Positions 30,551 to 40,212 of a stretch of DNA of 64,000 nucleotides are shown here, one piece after another. Numbering within the stretch: position 1 is the first letter of the stretch; the number at the start of each line of letters is the position of its first letter. Source of the DNA: Candidatus Nomurabacteria bacterium (GTDB taxonomy: Bacteria > Patescibacteriota > Minisyncoccia > Phycocordibacterales > UBA9973); contig JAHFNS010000002.1 of assembly GCA_023267215.1 (NCBI GenBank), forward strand, positions 128,892-192,891, read 5' to 3'. The position numbers were made by a program, and so were the translations under genes. Below the pieces are notes generated by a model, which was not told the origin of the DNA, did not search any database, and saw only the letters and a program-made list of their open reading frames with translations.

Positions 30551-31924
30551 TTAACTAAAAAGAAAAATTATTGTACCAATACTCACGATAAATAACAAAA
30601 AAACTGTAAACCAACCTAGGGCATTGGTGCTTTTTTTATTTTTGAAATTTCCCATTATCTCTTCACTTGCACTTATTTTCACAATAAAATACAAGATCAC
30701 AGGTGAAATGATGCCATTGAAAACAGCTGAATAAATAAGGGTTTTTATAGGGTCAAGGCCAATAAAATTCAAGATTATACCTAAAATCATCGCTACGATT
30801 ATCACTCCATAAAAAGAAGAAGCTTGTTTCAATTTTCTATAAAGTCCAGACTTCCAATTAAAAGTTTCAGATAAAGCGTAAGAAGCTGATCCTGCAAGTA
30901 TTGGGATAGCTAAAAGCCCAACACCTAAAATTCCAATTGCAAATAATATAAATGCAAAGTTTCCAGCAAAAGGTTTTAAGGCAAGTGCTGCATCAGCTGC
31001 TGTACCTATGTTTGTAATTCCATTTTGAAATAAAGTTGCCGCACAAGTCGCTATTATGAAAAACATAATAAGATTGGAAAACAACATTCCGGACCAACTA
31101 TCTATTCTCATTTTATGAATATCTTCCACGGTATTGAGAGCTCGCCTTGATTCTTCTGTCTTTTCTCCTTTCAATATTTGTTCTTCCACTTCCTGACTCG
31201 TCTGCCAGAAAAACAAATAAGGACTTATGGTTGTACCGAAAGCGGCACAGATTAAAATTATTTCCTCTTTTGAAAAAGTGATTGTCGGAATAACTAAATG
31301 TTTAAAGACATCTCCCCAATTGATCTGTACTGAAAAAGCAGAAAACACATAAGCAAATAAAACTAAGGCCAAATATTTTAAATATTTTGAATATTTTTTA
31401 TATGAAACAAATATTTGTAGAGCCAAGGAAAGAATAGCAAAGCCAAAAATTAAAAAAGCAAAACTCACATATGGGAAAATAAGTTGAGTGCCTTTAGCCA
31501 TTGCTCCCAAGTCTGCTCCGATGTTGAAGACATTTGCAAAAAGTAAGAGCACCGTACAAAAATATAAAAGTTTTTTTGAAAAATGCCTTTTGATGTTCGT
31601 TGCGAGACCAACGCCTGTCGTGAGCCCAATACGAGCACACATTTCTTGAATGACACCCATTAAAGGAAAAGAAAAAAGAGAAAGCCAAATCAAATTAAAA
31701 CCTCTGGACGCTCCCATTTGTGAATATGTGGCAATACCCGAAGGGTCATCATCCGCAGCGCCAGTCGTGAGACCAGGACCTAAAGTTTTCCAATATTCTT
31801 TCGCTTCTTTAATCGGTTGCTCGTTTTCTATGTCGTGCTTTATTTCTCGCTCTAATTCTACGCTTTTTTCCAAGACTTCTGCTGGGGCACTAAATATTTT
31901 TTCCAAAAGGCTTTTCTTTGACAT
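30551..31924 (-). CDS. NRAMP-family divalent metal transporter
   Basis: LGPGLTTGAADDDPSG and GTTISPY motifs. Confidence 0.88.
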   Translation of the reverse strand: MSKKSLLEKIFSAPAEVLEKSVELEREIKHDIENEQPIKEAKEYWKTLGPGLTTGAADDDPSGIATYSQMGASRGFNLIWLSLFSFPLMGVIQEMCARIGLTTGVGLATNIKRHFSKKLLYFCTVLLLFANVFNIGADLGAMAKGTQLIFPYVSFAFLIFGFAILSLALQIFVSYKKYSKYLKYLALVLFAYVFSAFSVQINWGDVFKHLVIPTITFSKEEIILICAAFGTTISPYLFFWQTSQEVEEQILKGEKTEESRRALNTVEDIHKMRIDSWSGMLFSNLIMFFIIATCAATLFQNGITNIGTAADAALALKPFAGNFAFILFAIGILGVGLLAIPILAGSASYALSETFNWKSGLYRKLKQASSFYGVIIVAMILGIILNFIGLDPIKTLIYSAVFNGIISPVILYFIVKISASEEIMGNFKNKKSTNALGWFTVFLLFIVSIGTIIFLFS

Positions 31925-32000
31925 ATATTATAAGGTCATTGTAGCTTATAAAATACAAAAATAAAAGGCTCAAAGGATAAAAATTCCTCTGAGCCAAAAA

Positions 32001-32711
32001 CTATTCCATATTATTTCCCATCCACGGTATCACGACATGATGAGGGTTTCGCGTACAATTGAAGATATTATCACCCATGGACGCAAGATTGTATCTACTT
32101 ATTTCAAAATTACCATAATCATAATTATGAATTATTATTATGAAATATCCACAATCATATTTAGAAATAAAAGACATAATAGCTGGGCAATTACTATTGA
32201 CTATTTTTTGAGGGATTTTCCCCGAGTTTTTTTTCAAAAAGTTTTCTATCTCTCTTTCGGACAAACAAAGACTGTCTAAATCAGAAGAAACAGAAAGAAA
32301 TATTTCGGTATAAGTCCTGTCGGAACATAGCTCATACCTTTCTACTGTGATCGGATTATTTCTAGTCACAACATCATTACCTTCTTTCCATTGTTCTTTA
32401 ATATCAAAACAACGATCTTCATTTCCCCTAAATTGCCCTATATTGTGAGAAATTTCAGTCAATGATTTTTCTTCTTCAGAACCATCTATAACAATTGGTT
32501 CTTCTTTGATTAGTCGTAGAATTTTTTGTGACTTAAGTCTCTGGATTGCATTTTTTGCCATGAAATCGATGAACCCAGAATCCAGAATGGCATTTGATGA
32601 AATTTGATCATTACCATTATAAAACTTCACTCTTTCTCTAAAATCAGAAAAAAACTGTTGGCAAAAACCTATCTCAGATATTATACTTTTTATTCTTAAA
32701 TCTCGTGACAT
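32001..32711 (-). CDS. Hypothetical protein resembling CPR DGR-target families
   Basis: TTGACA-17-TAATCT promoter and GGAGGTG SD upstream; C-terminus HHVVIP. Confidence 0.6.
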   Translation of the reverse strand: MSRDLRIKSIISEIGFCQQFFSDFRERVKFYNGNDQISSNAILDSGFIDFMAKNAIQRLKSQKILRLIKEEPIVIDGSEEEKSLTEISHNIGQFRGNEDRCFDIKEQWKEGNDVVTRNNPITVERYELCSDRTYTEIFLSVSSDLDSLCLSEREIENFLKKNSGKIPQKIVNSNCPAIMSFISKYDCGYFIIIIHNYDYGNFEISRYNLASMGDNIFNCTRNPHHVVIPWMGNNME

Positions 32712-32897
32712 GAGCCACCTCCTTTTTTAATGAACACTCATCACCCCCTACGTTTTTTCAGAGGCACCAAGATATTCTCTTTAGAGATTACATTGGATAT
32801 CGTGCAGTGTCAATAGCAACCGGTAATGTGTACACTCCTTCCCCATATACGCCATGGCTGATATGAGGGAATTTAACAGGCAAGGCCTGTTTATTTT

Positions 32898-33419
32898 TTA
32901 CTCTCGAAGCACAAGGATAGAACCATCATTATTTAATTTGATTAGTTTGGAAGCTTTTGCTTCAATCTCCCCTCCGTCTATATAAAGATCCACTTTCTCA
33001 CCAAAGTATTTTTTCGCTTCTTCAATATTTTTAGCCGGAGGCAACGCCTCCGTATTTGCAGAAGGAGCAATAAGTGGGCCAGTTTTTAAAAGAAGATTTC
33101 TAAGTGATTTGGGAAAAGGCAATCTGAAAGCAAAAGGATCCAAAACAACACTTACTGGACCTGGCCAATAATTTTCTAAAATTTTCTTTTTTTCTTCTGA
33201 TAAAATAATTTCAAATTTTTCGAGTTCTTTAATATCCCCAATCAAAATAATACACGGTTTATTTGAATTTCTTTTTTTTATTTCATAAATCCTTTCTACT
33301 GTATTTTCTTCCAAAGCTTTCCCCACTATTCCATAAATAGTATCCGTCGGCATGACAACCACTCCATCTTTTTTTAATACTTTTATCAAATTTTGATTAT
33401 TCCAAATATTTTCTTGCAT
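32898..33419 (-). CDS. tsaC: Threonylcarbamoyl-AMP synthase (TsaC/Sua5)
   Basis: PTDTIYG, KKR...KP, PSAN motifs. Confidence 0.92.
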   Translation of the reverse strand: MQENIWNNQNLIKVLKKDGVVVMPTDTIYGIVGKALEENTVERIYEIKKRNSNKPCIILIGDIKELEKFEIILSEEKKKILENYWPGPVSVVLDPFAFRLPFPKSLRNLLLKTGPLIAPSANTEALPPAKNIEEAKKYFGEKVDLYIDGGEIEAKASKLIKLNNDGSILVLRE

Positions 33420-33420
33420 A

Positions 33421-33888
33421 TTATTTAAATTTAAAATTCCTATGACCATTATCTTTGCTAGAAATTTGAACAAATTTAGAATGTTTCGGCATAGCCTTTG
33501 AAATATTTTCTGGCCATTCGATAAAAACTAAATGCTCGTCGTTACCTATAATTTCTTCCCAACCTAAATGTAATAATTCCTTTTCACTTTCTAGACGATA
33601 CGCATCTATGTGAAAGAAAAATTTATAATTAGACCCCCTCGCCCTTTGGGCACTCCCCCGACGCCTCGCGAGAGAGTACTTTTTCATAATGACATAAGTC
33701 GGGCTAAAGACTCTCTCTTTTATTCCCAGATGTTTAGTAACTAATTTTGTGAAAGCTGTTTTGCCAGCACCTAAGTCTCCAGAAAGACCAACAACCAAAG
33801 CACCTTTGTGCTTTTTCTTGCCTTTCAATATCTTATCCAAAAATGTTTTCGCAATCTTTTCAGTTTCTTTTATATTTTTTGAAAGCAT
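33421..33888 (-). CDS. tsaE: t6A biosynthesis ATPase TsaE
   Basis: GDLGAGKT, SPTY, HIDAYRL, IEW motifs. Confidence 0.93.
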   Translation of the reverse strand: MLSKNIKETEKIAKTFLDKILKGKKKHKGALVVGLSGDLGAGKTAFTKLVTKHLGIKERVFSPTYVIMKKYSLARRRGSAQRARGSNYKFFFHIDAYRLESEKELLHLGWEEIIGNDEHLVFIEWPENISKAMPKHSKFVQISSKDNGHRNFKFK

Positions 33889-33903
33889 CTTTATGTATTA
33901 AAA

Positions 33904-34869
33904 TTATAAAATCCAATTAAATAAATACCCAGTAAAAATAATACCAACTCCAACGATACTTGCAAATATCAAAATAAGCTTTGTTTTCATTACTTTTTTT
34001 AGAATCATAAACTCTGGCAGGGATAATGCTGTGACGGCCATCATAAAAGAAAGTGTCGTCCCTATAGCCACGCCTTTTTCTGTTAAAGCACTGACAAGAG
34101 GAATGATACCAGCAGCATTAGAATAAAGAGGGATACCGATGATTACAGCAAGGGGTACGGCATACCATTTATCTGCACTTGCATATTGTGCCAAGAAATC
34201 TGTCGGTATATAGCCATGGATCCATGCTCCGACTCCTATTCCAATTACAACAAACAACCAAACTCTATCTAAAATATCCAAAGTATAATTTTTCGCATAA
34301 ACAATTCTCTCTCTATTGGACATTCTAGAAAAACCATCACCTCCATTTATTTTATTTTCATAAACAAAAGATTCTACTAGATTTTCTACTTTCATTTTAC
34401 CAATAATAATTCCAGCAAAAAAAGAAATAAAGAGTCCGCTTATTATATATATGAATGCAATTTTGAAGCCAAACATTCCTAAAAGTAAGACAAGGGCTAC
34501 TTCATTTATCATAGGTGAGGCAACCAAAAAAGAAAAAGTTGTACCCAATGGAACTCCAGCTTGTATAAAACCTAAAAATAATGGTATAGCCGAACAAGAA
34601 CAAAAAGGAGTGATAATGCCAAGCAAAGAAGCTAAAACGTTTCCTATATATTTATTTTTATGCGACAAAATTGCTCGAATTCTTTCTGGTGGTAAATATG
34701 ATCTAATTATTGAAACAACAAAAATAATAACCGAAAGTAAAATAAATATTTTTATAGTGTCATAGATAAAAAAATTAACCGTATTCGCCGGTAGTGTTTC
34801 AGGAATGAAATTTAAAACTTTATAAGTAAGCCAATCTGCCAATAATTGTATAGGGTAAAAAATGTTCAT
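33904..34869 (-). CDS. ArsP/DUF318-family permease
   Basis: TPFCSCSAIP and ALSLPE motifs. Confidence 0.88.
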   Translation of the reverse strand: MNIFYPIQLLADWLTYKVLNFIPETLPANTVNFFIYDTIKIFILLSVIIFVVSIIRSYLPPERIRAILSHKNKYIGNVLASLLGIITPFCSCSAIPLFLGFIQAGVPLGTTFSFLVASPMINEVALVLLLGMFGFKIAFIYIISGLFISFFAGIIIGKMKVENLVESFVYENKINGGDGFSRMSNRERIVYAKNYTLDILDRVWLFVVIGIGVGAWIHGYIPTDFLAQYASADKWYAVPLAVIIGIPLYSNAAGIIPLVSALTEKGVAIGTTLSFMMAVTALSLPEFMILKKVMKTKLILIFASIVGVGIIFTGYLFNWIL

Positions 34870-34874
34870 AATTG

Positions 34875-34946
34875 GGTGCCTATTCGGTTATGCTCCGAAT
34901 CTGAGGGTTCCACAAACCCTAGTGCTGCTATTACACCATAGGCACC
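34875..34946 (-). tRNA. tRNA-His(GTG) with non-canonical D and T loops
   Basis: G-1:C73 with 8-bp acceptor GGTGCCTA/TAGGCACC; anticodon arm AGGGT-ttGTGga-ACCCT; T-arm TTCGG-agcataa-CCGAA. Confidence 0.75.
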
Positions 34947-34988
34947 ATGTAATGCTAGTTATAACATACTTTCTTTATTTTTTAAAAT

Positions 34989-35600
34989 TTACTTATAGTC
35001 TGGGCTTTCCTCCGTTATACCTGCCCTAAAATTAGATAATCTAGCAAAAGCGTATAAAACGCTTGAGAGACGATTGAGATAAGCCTTGGTAGATGCTTTT
35101 ATTTCTACTTTCCCTTCCTTGTCCTTCGAAACCTCGGCAGAGTAAGAATCAGCTACTGCAATCACTCTCCTCTCTGCCCTGCGAGAAATAGTACGAGCAA
35201 CATCAAAGAGCGAAGCAAGTTCTGTCCCCCCAGAAATGAAAAATGATTTTATAGGTGGAAGTTCTTTTTCTATGGTATCAACTATATTTTCTATTTCTTT
35301 TAATTTTTCCTCATCAATAGACATCGAAGCCCCTGCAAGCTCTGCTTGAATGATAAATAAATTTTTCTGAATATCATGAACTATTTCATCAACTGCCAAG
35401 GCCTCGCCTTTTTGAGGACTTAAGGCAAGGCCTTTTAAATCTAATTTTTCTTTTTTTGCTTTCACTTTGCAAAGCCCGAGAAAAGAATTTATTTCATCTA
35501 AAGAACCAAGTGCTTCAGCAATAATAGAACTTTTTGAGATGCGTTGATCACAACTAAATGTTTTTGTTGTTCCATTGTCCCCTTTTCTTGTATAAAGCAT
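34989..35600 (-). CDS. PduO-type ATP:cob(I)alamin adenosyltransferase
   Basis: YTRKGDNGTT, GSLDEINS, RRAER, YLNRLS motifs. Confidence 0.9.
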   Translation of the reverse strand: MLYTRKGDNGTTKTFSCDQRISKSSIIAEALGSLDEINSFLGLCKVKAKKEKLDLKGLALSPQKGEALAVDEIVHDIQKNLFIIQAELAGASMSIDEEKLKEIENIVDTIEKELPPIKSFFISGGTELASLFDVARTISRRAERRVIAVADSYSAEVSKDKEGKVEIKASTKAYLNRLSSVLYAFARLSNFRAGITEESPDYK

Positions 35601-35608
35601 ATTTTTAT

Positions 35609-36283
35609 CTAACGTTTTATAATTAATTCCTCTTCCAGAGTTTCTTTTTTTAAATTTTCTACAATTTTTTCTGCCACAAATTCTGGTTCCATATAATTTT
35701 TATAATCTACTGGTTTTGTTTTCCCAAAAAAATCTGTTTGCATGCCTGCTGGATATGCTGCAATTACAGAAATATTTTCCATACTTAAAGTCTTGCGAAG
35801 CAATTCTGTAAACCCTCGTACTGCCCACTTGCTCGATGAATAAATAGAAGAAAGAGGGCTCGGATCAAAAGCTCTTGAGGAAATTATATTTAAGATAGTT
35901 CCAAATTTTTGTTTCTTCATATATTTAATTACTGAACGAGAACCAAAAAAAGTTCCAAAAAAATTAACCTCCATAACCTCATGTGCTAAAACAGAATCAA
36001 TTTCTTCAATAGACACATGCTCCATACCAATACCAGCATTATTAATCCAAATATCTATTCTGCCAAATTGAGTAACTACTTTTTCTGCCAAACTTTGTAA
36101 TTCATTCTCTTTCGTCACATCTACCTTTATTCCTAAAATACCTTCCTCTAAATTTATGAATTCACTTTCATCTCGTGAGCAGACAATAACTTTCGAACCC
36201 TCTTTTAAAAAACAAGAAGCCATAGCTTTCCCTAAGCCCTTTGACCCTCCTGTAATAACTACTATTTTATCTTTTAGTTGCAT
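35609..36283 (-). CDS. Short-chain dehydrogenase/reductase
   Basis: TGGSKGLG, NNAG, YSSSK motifs. Confidence 0.92.
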   Translation of the reverse strand: MQLKDKIVVITGGSKGLGKAMASCFLKEGSKVIVCSRDESEFINLEEGILGIKVDVTKENELQSLAEKVVTQFGRIDIWINNAGIGMEHVSIEEIDSVLAHEVMEVNFFGTFFGSRSVIKYMKKQKFGTILNIISSRAFDPSPLSSIYSSSKWAVRGFTELLRKTLSMENISVIAAYPAGMQTDFFGKTKPVDYKNYMEPEFVAEKIVENLKKETLEEELIIKR

Positions 36284-36302
36284 AATTTGATTTTAGCATT
36301 TT

Positions 36303-37112
36303 TTAACCTCTTTGCCTGTTAATTTCAGAAACAACAATAGAGGTAGCCACGGCGACATTGAGCGAACTAGCTGAACCTTGTATTGGTATTTTGACCATAT
36401 CATCTGCCAAATCTTTATATCCAGCACTCAAACCCCATTTTTCATTTCCTGCTAAAAGAATAACGGGGGCTTTAAAATTATATTCATAGATAGAATATTT
36501 TCCATTCTCATCGGTACCAACAACTTTTAATTCTGGATATCTTATTTTCATTTCTTTTATCCAAGGCTCAAGTTCTTTTTGAGAAGGAAGCCGTACAATG
36601 GGCAGTGAGAATAAAGAGCCCGTCGTAGCACTTATTGTTTCTGGGTCATAAAGGTCCACAGCATGACCCGTAATGATTAGTCCATCAACCCCCAGAGCAT
36701 CACAAGATCGAACAATTGTCCCAAGATTGCCTGGACTTGAAGGTCTGTCAAAAACAACTATCAGTGGAATATTTTTAATTTTTATTTTATTTAAACCATC
36801 TTTAGGTATTTCCGATAGTGCAAGCAATTCAGAAGGTTCTTCTTTATTGCTTAACTTTTTTAAAAGTTCGATAGAAAGATCATAATGTGTTTCGGCCTTT
36901 GAATTCTTTAAAATATTTTTTGCCCAATCAGATAAACCTTTCTCTGATGAATAAAAGAAGGATTTGATTTCCCAATTATATTTAAGAGCATTATTTACAT
37001 TACGAACACCTTCAAAAATAAAACCTTCATGATTTCTCTTTTCTCTGTTTGTTTTCAATGCATTCAAAATCTGAAATTGTGCATTTTCTTTTCCGATTTT
37101 TACTACTTTCAT
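36303..37112 (-). CDS. SpoU/TrmH-family RNA methyltransferase
   Basis: PGNLGTIVRS, GNEKWG, SLNVAVA motifs. Confidence 0.9.
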   Translation of the reverse strand: MKVVKIGKENAQFQILNALKTNREKRNHEGFIFEGVRNVNNALKYNWEIKSFFYSSEKGLSDWAKNILKNSKAETHYDLSIELLKKLSNKEEPSELLALSEIPKDGLNKIKIKNIPLIVVFDRPSSPGNLGTIVRSCDALGVDGLIITGHAVDLYDPETISATTGSLFSLPIVRLPSQKELEPWIKEMKIRYPELKVVGTDENGKYSIYEYNFKAPVILLAGNEKWGLSAGYKDLADDMVKIPIQGSASSLNVAVATSIVVSEINRQRG

Positions 37113-37138
37113 AAAATTTAAATAAACATTACCTCAAG

Positions 37139-37223
37139 TGCGCGGGAGAGGATTCGAACCTCCATGCCCTTGCGGGCGCTACCACCTCAAGGTAGTACGT
37201 CTGACCAGTTTCGCCACCCGCGC
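37139..37223 (-). tRNA. tRNA-Leu(GAG)
   Basis: Cloverleaf with long variable arm; CTACC-ttGAGgt-GGTAG; GGTTCGAATCC. Confidence 0.93.
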
Positions 37224-37224
37224 A

Positions 37225-37905
37225 TTATTTTGTCAAATATTTCCTTTGTTGTTTCTTTTCTATCTCTAAAGCTCTTTGTATTTTGAGCTTCTTTCTTGAT
37301 AAACAAACAACTTTCTGATTATAGTACATTTTCTTTATTACTTCCATCGCTTCTTTTTTGCCATATTTCAACTGAAAAGTACGTCCCCTGCCGTCTTTCC
37401 CAATATGACCAAAAACACCAACTCTACTTTCTAATTCTTCTCTTAGCCAATCAATATGTTTTTTACTCGCAGAAACAAATTCTAAATAAAACATATGACT
37501 TGAACGCCACCTTGGATCCCAATATGAATAAAAACATCCATCTCCGTCAAAACACCCCCTTAAAAAATCAAAAAAATATTTACTAGGAATTTTTAACTTT
37601 CCCATTGTCAATGACTTTTTAGGAGTTAAACCAATAGACAAAAGAAAATCATAAAATATTCTATTCTTAAATTGAATCCTCAAACATTCATCCCCTTTTA
37701 AATTCCATTTATTTCCTATCTTAAAGTTTACCCCTACACACTTGGAAAAATTTAGTAATTGCTCCCTGTCCTTCGAGGTTAAATCGACTAGCAGGCCATC
37801 ACTTGATAAACATCCATCTGTAGCAATTAAACCTATTGCATAGGCTAAATTCCCATTCCAGGTTTCATTTATAATTCTTTTTGGTTCTGGTCCTCTCTTC
37901 CCCAT
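37225..37905 (-). CDS. LAGLIDADG-family endonuclease
   Basis: Two motifs, YAIGLIATDG and FLRGCFDGDG. Confidence 0.88.
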   Translation of the reverse strand: MGKRGPEPKRIINETWNGNLAYAIGLIATDGCLSSDGLLVDLTSKDREQLLNFSKCVGVNFKIGNKWNLKGDECLRIQFKNRIFYDFLLSIGLTPKKSLTMGKLKIPSKYFFDFLRGCFDGDGCFYSYWDPRWRSSHMFYLEFVSASKKHIDWLREELESRVGVFGHIGKDGRGRTFQLKYGKKEAMEVIKKMYYNQKVVCLSRKKLKIQRALEIEKKQQRKYLTK

Positions 37906-37952
37906 ATGAATATTATATCACCTCAAGTACATAGCGTCTACTAATTATTACC

Positions 37953-37989
37953 AACATAAAAATCCACCGAGAGAGTGGATTTTTATGTT
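37953..37989 (-). terminator. Terminator after rplS
   Basis: aacataaaaatccac-N7-gtggatttttatgtt inverted repeat. Confidence 0.7.
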
Positions 37990-38007
37990 TTGCTTTTTAT
38001 AATTTTT

Positions 38008-38409
38008 TTATTTTTCTGTTTTTTCCACTTCTACCTCCTCGTCAGCAACTGAGACAACAGAACGTAATTTTCGGCGGACATCTTTTACTGCTTTAACTCG
38101 TACATAATATAGTTTTGATTTACGAGCTCGAGATTTCTTAGTTATTTCAATTTTATCAACAGCTGGAGAATAAAGTGGAAAGATTCTTTCTACGCCTACA
38201 CCTGAAGCTATTCTGCGAACGGTGAAAGTCGCACCGATTTCTGTACCATGTTTGCGAGCAAGAACGATACCTTCAAAAGCCTGCAGACGTGTCTTCCCTT
38301 TTTCATCTAAGACTTTGGACCAAACACGAATAGTATCTCCTGAATTGAAATCAAGCTTCCCTCTGTCTTCAACATTTACTGAAGTAAGTTTTGTTTTATC
38401 TATTTTCAT
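38008..38409 (-). CDS. rplS: 50S ribosomal protein L19
   Basis: RLQAFEGIV, GVGVERIFP, KLYYVR motifs. Confidence 0.96.
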   Translation of the reverse strand: MKIDKTKLTSVNVEDRGKLDFNSGDTIRVWSKVLDEKGKTRLQAFEGIVLARKHGTEIGATFTVRRIASGVGVERIFPLYSPAVDKIEITKKSRARKSKLYYVRVKAVKDVRRKLRSVVSVADEEVEVEKTEK

Positions 38410-38504
38410 AACAGTTTTTAATCTAACATAAACCAATTCTAAAGGCAAATTAACTCACCTCACCCCTAAGCCCCTCTCCTTGTAAAGTAGAGGGGTATTA
38501 AAGA

Positions 38505-40208
38505 CTAGGCAAATTCCTGTTGATAGCATTTCACACAATAAACTATCTCTGGTCCATCTGGGGCATAAGGTGTATAAATGTTTATATTACATTTTGCACA
38601 GGTTCTATGATACATTTTAGGTTTTGTCATTCTCTCAAATCTTTCATTTTCTCTGCATTTAGGACATTCATGTGGGACTGGTAAATTCATCTTACGAAGT
38701 AAATCTAATTCTCCTTTTACTATTTTGTATCCATTTTTACATTTTTCACATTCAATTATCTCATCCAAAACTTTTTCATCTATATCTTTTATTGTATCTG
38801 GCAAAGAATCTGTTTTCTTTGTAGTTTTATAAATTGTGCCTTCTCTGTCTTCCCAAAAATAACCCTCTTCTAAAACTTCTCCCTTTGTTTTTGGAAAAAA
38901 TTTAATTGCATTTGATTTATTGTATGGGAACTTACTAAATTCCGGTGGAAAAAATTCTCCATAGTAAAATTTCCGTCCAAGCTTGTCTATGTATGGATTC
39001 TTTTTCATATCTTCAATAATTTTATCTCTGAGTTTTTCATATTCCTCTTTTGTATACTCTTTATTTAAAATACAGTATTTTTTTCTTTTTAAATTTACAC
39101 AACCAAAATTATTTTTACCAGTGATATTCCATGAACAGTATTGCAAATCCAAACTCTCTGACCAACAATAATTGGAGAATAATATTAGATTGGTGCCCTC
39201 TCCTACTCCCGTACTTTCATAAATTTGGCTTACATTGTTTCCCCAACCAGAATAATCCCAGCAATCTTTAGCTGACGGGACAGTAATAAATTGAGTCCAT
39301 TTACAATCTTCGGCACCACCAACCATATAAACTTCCTTTGAATTTTTAGAACTGTAAACATCTTCACCTGTCACATTTAAATTTTTTGAGTTTCCATTAT
39401 ACTCTCTATATGGCAAGGTATTCCAAAACTCATGTACTTTCTCTTTAAGAGACTGTAACGACATCCAAGAATCAAGTTTCAACTCTTTGACTTTTTCTTG
39501 ATATTCTTCTTTTGTGTACTTAATATTAAAAATATAATAAGAAGCACCTCGCAGATTTACACATCCAATACAATTAGTGCAACTTGAACAATTGCGAGAA
39601 AACCATACATTCACACAATCACGACATTCATATGAGAAAAAAGTTTGATAACTTTTATTAACCCCAACACATTCATAACATAATTCTGAATAAAACCCTC
39701 GTAAACAATCTAAACTCGATTTTAGATTATTTAATAATGAGGAATAGTAGACATTCTCACAATAATCTGCCCAAAAAGTTAAATAGCAATCTTTAGACCA
39801 CCCTATACCATTAGAATATTCGGAATTCTTTATAGTTAAATGATCTGCTTCAAGAAGAGCAAAAGGAGTTTTATCAAAAAGTTTTTTTAATTGTTCTAAA
39901 AAGGGTTTGCTTGGATCATAATCCATTGCGTATTCTGTCCCATCCCAACTATCTCCCCACCAACAAGTCGGGCAATAACCTATCACTTCTTTATCTGGTG
40001 GATAAACAGAAACAGATCTAGCTCCACATTTATCACAATTGCGCCAATATAGATTCCAAGTATTCTGAAAAGAGATACGTCTAATAAATCGACATTCCGG
40101 ACACCAAGTCGGAGGAGGCACCTTCATTTTTTCATAAAAATTAAAATCCTCCGGCTCAATTGTGAAGTCTTGCTTACAGTTCTGGCAATTTCTAACTTCA
40201 GTTTGCAT
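38505..40208 (-). CDS. CPR-type Cys-rich protein with zinc ribbons and a repeat core
   Basis: Multiple CxxC pairs at both termini; PPPTWCPECR. Confidence 0.75.
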   Translation of the reverse strand: MQTEVRNCQNCKQDFTIEPEDFNFYEKMKVPPPTWCPECRFIRRISFQNTWNLYWRNCDKCGARSVSVYPPDKEVIGYCPTCWWGDSWDGTEYAMDYDPSKPFLEQLKKLFDKTPFALLEADHLTIKNSEYSNGIGWSKDCYLTFWADYCENVYYSSLLNNLKSSLDCLRGFYSELCYECVGVNKSYQTFFSYECRDCVNVWFSRNCSSCTNCIGCVNLRGASYYIFNIKYTKEEYQEKVKELKLDSWMSLQSLKEKVHEFWNTLPYREYNGNSKNLNVTGEDVYSSKNSKEVYMVGGAEDCKWTQFITVPSAKDCWDYSGWGNNVSQIYESTGVGEGTNLILFSNYCWSESLDLQYCSWNITGKNNFGCVNLKRKKYCILNKEYTKEEYEKLRDKIIEDMKKNPYIDKLGRKFYYGEFFPPEFSKFPYNKSNAIKFFPKTKGEVLEEGYFWEDREGTIYKTTKKTDSLPDTIKDIDEKVLDEIIECEKCKNGYKIVKGELDLLRKMNLPVPHECPKCRENERFERMTKPKMYHRTCAKCNINIYTPYAPDGPEIVYCVKCYQQEFA

Positions 40209-40212
40209 AGTA

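Noticed and set aside
37225-37905. LAGLIDADG gene as a tRNA intron ORF
   Set aside because: tRNA-Leu is intact and uninterrupted; no group I intron core is recognisable.
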